DNA of 64,000 bases from an uncultured Candidatus Saccharibacteria bacterium (GTDB lineage Bacteria; Patescibacteriota; Minisyncoccia; Phycocordibacterales; JAKFXT01): positions 1,709-65,708 of the forward strand of contig CAZIPS010000001.1 in the NCBI GenBank assembly GCA_964541455.1, read 5' to 3'. The notes under the pieces were generated by a model. It saw only the letters and a program-made list of their open reading frames with translations, was not told where the DNA came from and did not search any database. Below, in pieces: positions 55,024 through 62,050 of this stretch. Numbering within the stretch: the first letter of the stretch is position 1; every line of letters begins with the position of its first letter. The position numbers were made by a program, and so were the translations under genes.

Positions 55024-55461
55024 ATGAATAAATGTATTTCTTGTAATAAAGAGCTTCTATTACGGCACCAACAGAAATATTGTTCAAATAAGTGTCAGAA
55101 TGATCAGCAATTTAATCAATATATAAAAGATTGGAAGCAGGGTAAAAAAGATGGGAATAGGGGAATTATTGCTAAAAACATATCCCGCCATATTAAGAGA
55201 TATCTGATCGAGAAATACGGTGAGCGTTGTTCTAAGTGTTTTTGGAATTGTAGAAATAAGAAAACTAAGATTGTTCCTCTAGAGATAGATCATATAGACG
55301 GGATAGCTGAAAATAATCAAGAATCAAATTTGAGATTATTATGCCCAAATTGCCACTCACTTACGTTTACATTTAGAAATTTAAATTTTGGTAATGGAAG
55401 GTTTTGGCGTAAAGAAAAATATATAAAAAATAATGTGAAGCAAATAAGTAGTAATCCTTGA
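55024..55461 (+). CDS. free-standing HNH endonuclease
   Basis: N-terminal Cys4 (CISC...CSNKC) and C-terminal HNH motif EIDHIDG...NLRLLCPNCHS. GC about 32%, below genome average. Start taken at 55024 (MNKCISC); the track ORF starts at 55006 inside the palindrome. Confidence 0.6.
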   Translation: MNKCISCNKELLLRHQQKYCSNKCQNDQQFNQYIKDWKQGKKDGNRGIIAKNISRHIKRYLIEKYGERCSKCFWNCRNKKTKIVPLEIDHIDGIAENNQESNLRLLCPNCHSLTFTFRNLNFGNGRFWRKEKYIKNNVKQISSNP

Positions 55462-55539
55462 TCAATCACCAAGTGGTTTTAAAAGTTTTTATTTAGGTAG
55501 AGGTTGTTGCTATACTAGAAGTACTTTTAACAAAGTTTT

Positions 55540-56841
55540 TTGTTCATGGCTCAACCTGAAGAAGCACATAACTCACCTACTATTTTCCCAAAAGGGTTTC
55601 TTTGGGGATCGGCCACCTCTTCTCATCAGGTAGAGGGGAACGTGCAAAATGACTGGATAGCTTGGGAAAAGGAACATGCTGCACGCTTAGCTAGCGAAGC
55701 AAAAAATAAATGGGCGTCATGGCAACAAAAAAAGTTTCCTGAAATGTTTAATATTGAAAACTATATTTCAGGGGAAGGTTGCGATCAATTTAATCGCTAT
55801 GAAGAGGACTTTGATTTGGCCAAAAACTTGGGACACAATGCTCATCGCTTTTCTATAGAATGGTCTCGCATTGAACCAGAAGAAGGTGAATTTAATATGG
55901 AGGCAATTGAGCACTATCGAAATGTTCTTCTTGCCTTAAAAAGTCGAGGGCTAGAACCTTTTGTAACACTTTGGCATTGGCCTAATCCTATATGGATAGG
56001 GCAAATGGGGGCGTGGGAGAATAAAAAGACAGTGACTTATTTCCTGCGCTATGCTGAACGCATGTTACGTGAGTATAAGGATCTAGTTACTTTTTGGGTA
56101 CCACTGAATGAGCCGGGGACTGAAGTGTCGCTTGGATATTTATTTGGCAATCAGCCACCCGGGCTTAAAAGTAGTGTTGCAGCAAATAAGGCGTTCAAGA
56201 ATCTGATGGAAGTTCAAAGGGGGACGTATGCGCTCGCCAAATCCATTAACGCTAATTTCAATGTGGGTTGTTCACATTTTATGTTTTATTGGCGGCCGTA
56301 CAATAAGTTACCTTGGAATATTTTAGCTTCTAAAATAATTGGCTACTTTGCCGACCGAAGGTTTTTTAAGGTATTCAACGACTATAGTGATTTTTTCGGA
56401 GTCCAATACTACCAACCCTTTTTTGTGAATTTAAAAATCGGAGGGAAATTCAAGGGTATACTTGAAAATAAACAGATAAATGAAGAGCAGAGTGATTTGG
56501 GTTGGCAGATATTTCCTGAGGGTATATATCATGTATTAAAAAAGGCTGCGAAAGGAGGGAAGCCGATTTATATAACTGAAAACGGTATTGCAGATAAAGA
56601 CGATAGTATGCGCGGTAAATTTATCAAAGAACATCTTTATTGGGTAAATCGGGCTATTAAGGACGGTGTAGATATACGCGGTTATTTCTATTGGTCGCTT
56701 ATAGATAATTTTGAGTTTGTGGAATTACGTGGTTTTTGGCCACGCTTTGGACTTATTGAAGTTGACTACAAAACCAAGAAACGCACCATTCGACCTTCAG
56801 CATACGCATATCGCGATATAATAAAACAGTCACTTATATGA
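55540..56841 (+). CDS. GH1-family beta-glucosidase
   Basis: N-terminal GH1 signature FPKGFLWGSATSSHQVEGN. Acid/base LNEP. Nucleophile ITENG. Confidence 0.85.
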   Translation: MFMAQPEEAHNSPTIFPKGFLWGSATSSHQVEGNVQNDWIAWEKEHAARLASEAKNKWASWQQKKFPEMFNIENYISGEGCDQFNRYEEDFDLAKNLGHNAHRFSIEWSRIEPEEGEFNMEAIEHYRNVLLALKSRGLEPFVTLWHWPNPIWIGQMGAWENKKTVTYFLRYAERMLREYKDLVTFWVPLNEPGTEVSLGYLFGNQPPGLKSSVAANKAFKNLMEVQRGTYALAKSINANFNVGCSHFMFYWRPYNKLPWNILASKIIGYFADRRFFKVFNDYSDFFGVQYYQPFFVNLKIGGKFKGILENKQINEEQSDLGWQIFPEGIYHVLKKAAKGGKPIYITENGIADKDDSMRGKFIKEHLYWVNRAIKDGVDIRGYFYWSLIDNFEFVELRGFWPRFGLIEVDYKTKKRTIRPSAYAYRDIIKQSLI

Positions 56842-57746
56842 TAGACGGCAGCGCTATTTTCTTTCTTTCAATACTACTCGTTTGTTTAGGGCAGCTTGGT
56901 AATGCGCTTATTGTGCTTGTTGATAAGCATATTGTCACCAATACTTCGGTGACGCGTCCTGGAGTCTATGCTTTTTTTGTAAGTATTATTTCTGGAGCGG
57001 TGGTTGTATTACTTCCTTTTGGGGTAGTGCATATGCCGAGCCCTATGACGATTTTCCTTTCTCTTGATTTGGGGTTTATTTTTATAGGTTCTATTATTCT
57101 TCTGTATCGGGCGCTTAAACACGCTAATGCAACAGATGTGATTGCATGGCTTACTGCCATTTCAACACTCTCCACTTTTATTTTTGCGGCTCTTTTTCTC
57201 GATGAGACATTACCAAAAACTTTTCCCTTAGCACTTTTTTTCATTCTTGTCGGCATGCTTCTTGTTGGGCATTTTAGATTCTATGCTCGCTCTTTTAAGC
57301 AGGTGGTTGGTTCGGGAGTACTTTTTGGACTTTCGGTAGTCATGCTCAAGTTACTTTTTTCACAAATCTCATTTGTGGATGCCTTTTTCTGGTCACGTAT
57401 GGGTAATGTGGTAGCGGCACTTTCTCTGCTACTTTTCCCTTCGATTCGCAAACATCTTTTTACTATAAGCCGCAATACTTCACACCAAACAGGGTTACTC
57501 ATTGTTGGAAACCGTATTTTGGGGGGAGTAGCATTTCTAAGTGTGCTCTATGCACTCAAGTTGGGTTCTGCTTCAATTGTGAATGCACTCTCGTCACTTC
57601 AGTTCGTGTTTATCTTTGTACTTATTTTTGTATTTAGACGTTTTGTACCAGAGCTGTATCGTCATGAGTTTCGCAAGGGGCACGTGCTTCATAAGGTGGC
57701 AGCGATGTGTTTTATTATCATGGGATTCTTTATATTATTTGCATAA
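56838..57746 (+). CDS. polytopic membrane protein, DMT/EamA-like transporter candidate
   Basis: 302 aa with about 10 TM helices in two 5-TM halves. Confidence 0.35.
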   Translation: MIDGSAIFFLSILLVCLGQLGNALIVLVDKHIVTNTSVTRPGVYAFFVSIISGAVVVLLPFGVVHMPSPMTIFLSLDLGFIFIGSIILLYRALKHANATDVIAWLTAISTLSTFIFAALFLDETLPKTFPLALFFILVGMLLVGHFRFYARSFKQVVGSGVLFGLSVVMLKLLFSQISFVDAFFWSRMGNVVAALSLLLFPSIRKHLFTISRNTSHQTGLLIVGNRILGGVAFLSVLYALKLGSASIVNALSSLQFVFIFVLIFVFRRFVPELYRHEFRKGHVLHKVAAMCFIIMGFFILFA

Positions 57747-57758
57747 TATCTTTAATCT

Positions 57759-58757
57759 ATGTTGAAGCGAAGTATTAAAATTGTCCTCTATACTTTGCTG
57801 GTGCTAATAATTGTTGGGGGAGTACTTTCTTACCGTAAAAAACCAACAACTATTACTTACGGAGTTTCTTTTAGTAAGTTTCATGCAGACGAGCTTAAGC
57901 TTCCTTGGGCGATTGTTTTTGAAGCTTTGGTCTCTGAAATGCAGGTTAAACATTGGAGACTTTCAGCGCATTGGCCAATGGTTGAATCCACCAAAGGGGT
58001 ATTTTCTTTTAATGAGTTAGATTACCAACTACGACGAGTAAAGGAAGAACATGGAGACGTGGTGCTTGCAGTTGGGCGTCGTCTTCCGGGGTGGCCAGAA
58101 TGTCATGTGCCAGAGTGGGCAAAAGGTCTCTCGTGGGAGGATCAAAAGAAGGAGATTCTCACCTATCTTACAAAGGTAGTTGAGCGCTACAAAGACCATA
58201 GTGAAGTACTTTATTGGCAAGTTGAAAATGAACCGTATCTTACAGTATTTGCCCATGATTATTGCGGTGATCTTGATAAGGATTTTCTTAAAGAAGAGGT
58301 TGCTCTAGTAAAACGTCTTGATCCATCGCGCAAAGTACTCGTTACTGATAGTGGGAACCTCGGTCTGTGGAGTGGTGCGTGGAGTACAGGGGATATATTT
58401 GGTACAAGTATGTACTTATATCTTTGGAATCCAAACTTCGGTCAAGTTAAAACTATCTACCAGCCATTTGTGTATCGTATCAAAAACAATATGATGTCGC
58501 TTTTATTTGGAAAGCGTGAAAGTCTGCTCATTGAATTATCGCTTGAGCCATGGCTTGTGCACCCAATCACTGAAACCCCTCTTTCTGTTCAGAAAGAACG
58601 CATGACCCCGACAATGTTTGATGAGGCGGTCGCCTTTGCCAAAGATACTCGTTTTGAAAAGCAGTATCTTTGGGGAGCGGAATGGTGGTTTTATATGAAG
58701 CAGCAGGGAGACGGCACGTATTGGGAAAAAGCCAAGGCAATATTTGCTCCAAAGTAA
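57759..58757 (+). CDS. membrane-anchored putative glycoside hydrolase (clan GH-A TIM-barrel-like)
   Basis: N-terminal TM anchor. YWQVENEPY is a clan GH-A acid/base NEP motif. LIELSLEPW is a possible nucleophile region. Confidence 0.35.
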   Translation: MLKRSIKIVLYTLLVLIIVGGVLSYRKKPTTITYGVSFSKFHADELKLPWAIVFEALVSEMQVKHWRLSAHWPMVESTKGVFSFNELDYQLRRVKEEHGDVVLAVGRRLPGWPECHVPEWAKGLSWEDQKKEILTYLTKVVERYKDHSEVLYWQVENEPYLTVFAHDYCGDLDKDFLKEEVALVKRLDPSRKVLVTDSGNLGLWSGAWSTGDIFGTSMYLYLWNPNFGQVKTIYQPFVYRIKNNMMSLLFGKRESLLIELSLEPWLVHPITETPLSVQKERMTPTMFDEAVAFAKDTRFEKQYLWGAEWWFYMKQQGDGTYWEKAKAIFAPK

Positions 58758-58817
58758 TACATAGATTTATGAGGGCTTTTTTGCTAAAGTGGGGCACCAA
58801 GAGGGGGAAGTGAGACT

Positions 58818-60350
58818 ATGGAATATGTAAAAACACCGTATTTTAAAGTGGGAAGGGCGAGTGAGCTTTCAGGTGCTGACTATGTCCTTTATCGTTTTTT
58901 GGAAATGTTGCCAGGGCTTCTTTCTTGGGCAACACTCCTTTTTGTGGTAGTGATGTCATTTGTGCGACCCGTGCTTGCAGCGTACTTTATTATCGCTTTC
59001 GATCTTTATTGGCTCCTTAAGACGGTGTATCTTTCAATACACTTACGTCACAACTTTAAGCGTATTACGTACAATCTTTCGGTTAATTGGAATGAGCGTT
59101 TACAGAAATTAAAATATGAGCATGTTACGCATCTTATTTTGTTACCTTTTTATAAAGAAGGCTACGAGGTGGTGAAGGTATGTCTCGAGGGGCTTAAAAC
59201 AACACATTACGATACTAAAAAGTTTTTGATCGTGCTTGGAACAGAGGAGCGTGCGGGAAGTGAGGCGCAGGAAGTAGCACGAAATATTGAAGCAGCATAT
59301 AAAGATTATTTTGGTGGCTTTCTAATTACGACGCACCCTAAAGATGTGCCGGGTGAAATGGCGGGAAAGGGTTCAAATATTGCGTACATGGCTGAAGAAG
59401 CCAGAAAGCTCCTGATTGATAAAGGAAGCATTTCTTATGAAGAAGTGATGGTGTCTGCTTTTGATATCGATACAGTAGTGTATCCTGATTACTTTGCTTG
59501 TCTTACATGGTACTTCCTCACTGTGCGTGATCCTTACAAGACGTCGTATCAACCCGTGCCTTTCTACAATAACAATATTTGGAATGCACCAATGATTTCC
59601 CGTGTTGTTGCGGGCTCTTCGACATTCTGGCAAATGATGCAGCAGGAGCGCCCTGAGAAACTTGCAACATTTTCATCTCACTCAGTACCTTTTAAAACAC
59701 TTTACGAAATTGGGTATTGGCAAAAGAATATGGTGTCTGAAGATTCACGTATCTATTGGAACTTACTTTTGGCGCATGATGGTGATTATCGTGTTACGCC
59801 ACTGTCTTATCCAGTATCAATGGATGCCAATGTTGCAGCAACCTTTTGGCAAACAGTAAAAAATGTTTATAAACAGCACCGTCGTTGGATGTATGGGGTG
59901 GAGAACCTTCCTTATATATTTTTTGGATTTATTAAAAATAAAAAGATACCTTTTTGGACGAAGCTTCGAGTAGGGGCGGTGCAGCTTGAGGGATTTTGGT
60001 CGCTTGCCACCAACCCCATTATGATATTCCTTTTGGGCTGGTTACCAGTGATGGTGGGGGGGTCTATTTTTAACAAATCACTCCTTTCATACAACCTTCC
60101 AATTTTAACTCGTAACATTATGACGATTGCTATGGCAGGACTTATTCTTTCCGCAATTATTTTCCTTTCTTTTGTGCCTAAGAAACCTGATGAAAAAGTA
60201 AGAACATCGAAGATGGGAATGGTACTACAGTGGGTATTAGTACCTTTTACTATTATCACTTTTGGTGCACTTCCTGGACTTGATTCCCAAACACGTCTTA
60301 TGCTTGGGAAGTATATGGGATTTTGGGTTACCCCAAAACGTCGCGATTAA
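58818..60350 (+). CDS. processive GT2 beta-glycosyltransferase, cellulose/chitin-synthase-like
   Basis: Two N-terminal and at least four C-terminal TM helices flank a GT-A domain with K-G-S-N (KAGNxN-like), DxD (FDIDT), SEDSR (TED-like) and the hallmark QxxRW (KQHRRWMYG). Confidence 0.65.
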   Translation: MEYVKTPYFKVGRASELSGADYVLYRFLEMLPGLLSWATLLFVVVMSFVRPVLAAYFIIAFDLYWLLKTVYLSIHLRHNFKRITYNLSVNWNERLQKLKYEHVTHLILLPFYKEGYEVVKVCLEGLKTTHYDTKKFLIVLGTEERAGSEAQEVARNIEAAYKDYFGGFLITTHPKDVPGEMAGKGSNIAYMAEEARKLLIDKGSISYEEVMVSAFDIDTVVYPDYFACLTWYFLTVRDPYKTSYQPVPFYNNNIWNAPMISRVVAGSSTFWQMMQQERPEKLATFSSHSVPFKTLYEIGYWQKNMVSEDSRIYWNLLLAHDGDYRVTPLSYPVSMDANVAATFWQTVKNVYKQHRRWMYGVENLPYIFFGFIKNKKIPFWTKLRVGAVQLEGFWSLATNPIMIFLLGWLPVMVGGSIFNKSLLSYNLPILTRNIMTIAMAGLILSAIIFLSFVPKKPDEKVRTSKMGMVLQWVLVPFTIITFGALPGLDSQTRLMLGKYMGFWVTPKRRD

Positions 60351-60353
60351 TAT

Positions 60354-61247
60354 ATGGACCCTCTTTCACGTAAAAAAAGAATAACGTATTTTATTTTCTT
60401 TAGTATCGTTTTTTTTGCGGTGGTGCCCTTATTCATTTTCTATGCTCAGGGGTATCGATTTAATTTAAAAGATGTAGTCAAAGTTTCTGAAACAGGGGGG
60501 CTTTATGTAAGTACTGATCAGTCAGGGATTGAGATTTATGTGAACAATGTACTTGAGAAAAAAACAAGTATCATTCAAAAAACAGTCTTTGTACAAGATC
60601 TTCGTCCGGGGACATATGATATACGCGTATCTAAAAATGGTCTCCAAACATGGAGCAAGCGTCTTAAGGTGTTTCCTGAGCTTGTAACCGAAGCGCGTAC
60701 ATTCCTCATTAAAGATCATCCAGAATTAGTTTCTATTCCTTTGTATCTCTCTCAAGCGACGAGTACAGGAAGTAGTGTTGCTACAACTACCAAAAAAGCA
60801 GTCAAGAATCCTGAATACATGCTTGCACTTAAGGCATTCATGACACCACTTTCAACTGCTCCTACCACCACCAAAAAAGTTGCCTCAACTACGGATGAAT
60901 TTTTGCCTGTACAAAAGTTAGTGTTTGAAAATACTCATGGAGTACTCATCGCAACATGGAAGGGTGAGCAGGATGCTATACCAAGTTATTTCTGTGAAAA
61001 CACTGTGTGCAAATCTAGTATTGAAGTTAAAGCAGGGGGTCCGGTGCTTGCGTATGATCTGTTTCCAGGACGTGATGATCTACTCATCGTGCAACTAGCC
61101 AAGGGGGTGTATGTTGTAGAAATTGATGATCGGTCTCCACAGAATAAGGAAACAATTGTTGAGGGAGAGGGTTATGAGTTTCGTATCAAAGAAAGCGGGG
61201 TACTTTACTTGAAACACGGAGTCGATATCTATAGTGTGGCGCTTTAA
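60354..61247 (+). CDS. membrane-anchored PEGA-domain protein
   Basis: N-terminal TM helix. IYVNNVLEKKTS...LRPGTYDIRVSKNGLQTWSKRLKV matches the PEGA consensus (P-x-G-x-Y-x-V-x-V-x-K-x-G-Y). Confidence 0.45.
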   Translation: MDPLSRKKRITYFIFFSIVFFAVVPLFIFYAQGYRFNLKDVVKVSETGGLYVSTDQSGIEIYVNNVLEKKTSIIQKTVFVQDLRPGTYDIRVSKNGLQTWSKRLKVFPELVTEARTFLIKDHPELVSIPLYLSQATSTGSSVATTTKKAVKNPEYMLALKAFMTPLSTAPTTTKKVASTTDEFLPVQKLVFENTHGVLIATWKGEQDAIPSYFCENTVCKSSIEVKAGGPVLAYDLFPGRDDLLIVQLAKGVYVVEIDDRSPQNKETIVEGEGYEFRIKESGVLYLKHGVDIYSVAL

Positions 61248-61264
61248 AAACAGAAAGTGGAATT

Positions 61265-62050
61265 ATGGCCTTATTCGGCTATAATACGCACATGACTGCT
61301 CAAAATACAGAAGGAACAGAGGGGAAGGGGCACCTGCACCCAATAACGCTTATGCAGCGCGACATTGCGCGTATTTTTCGTGGACTAGGATTTGCTGTTG
61401 CTGATGGGCCGGAAATAGAGACCGAGTTCTATAACTTTGATGCACTTAATATTCCTGAGTGGCACCCAGCGCGTGATATGTGGGATACCTTTTGGCTTAA
61501 ACCGCTTAATGCACGGAAATTGCTTCGTACCCACACAAGTCCTGTGCAGATCCGCTACATGCAGAGTCACAAGGACAAAATGCCAATCGCTATGGTAACT
61601 CCTGGCAAGGTGTATCGTCACGAAGCAACTGACGCTACACACGAAGCTCAGTTTTATCAGTTAGAAGGGCTTATGGTAGGAGAGGGAGTGTCACTTGCTC
61701 ACTTTAAGGGAGTGCTCGAGCATTTCTTTAAAGAATTTTTTGGGGTACCAGTAGCTATCAGACTTCGCCCTAGTTATTTCCCATTTGTGGAGCCGGGTGT
61801 TGAAGCTGATGTAACGTGTGTGAAGTGTGAAGGTCGTGGTTGCACTGTTTGTAAGAATACCGGATGGATAGAACTTATGGGGGCTGGCATGGTCCATCCT
61901 AAAACACTTGAAGCTGGTGGTATTGATCCTCGTAAGTACACAGGGTTTGCCTTTGGCATGGGATTAGACCGTTTGGGGGTTATAAAGTACGGTATCCCCG
62001 ATGTCAGGCTTCTCTACCAGGGAGATCTTCGTTTGGTTAACCAGTTTTAA
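61265..62050 (+). CDS. pheS: phenylalanine--tRNA ligase alpha subunit (short form, catalytic core only)
   Basis: Class II motifs: motif 1 region HPITLMQRDIARIF, motif 2 FYNFDALNIPEWHPARDMWDTFWL, motif 3 GMGLDRLGVIKYGIPDVRL. 261 aa, lacks the usual N-terminal coiled-coil extension. Confidence 0.85.
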   Translation: MALFGYNTHMTAQNTEGTEGKGHLHPITLMQRDIARIFRGLGFAVADGPEIETEFYNFDALNIPEWHPARDMWDTFWLKPLNARKLLRTHTSPVQIRYMQSHKDKMPIAMVTPGKVYRHEATDATHEAQFYQLEGLMVGEGVSLAHFKGVLEHFFKEFFGVPVAIRLRPSYFPFVEPGVEADVTCVKCEGRGCTVCKNTGWIELMGAGMVHPKTLEAGGIDPRKYTGFAFGMGLDRLGVIKYGIPDVRLLYQGDLRLVNQF

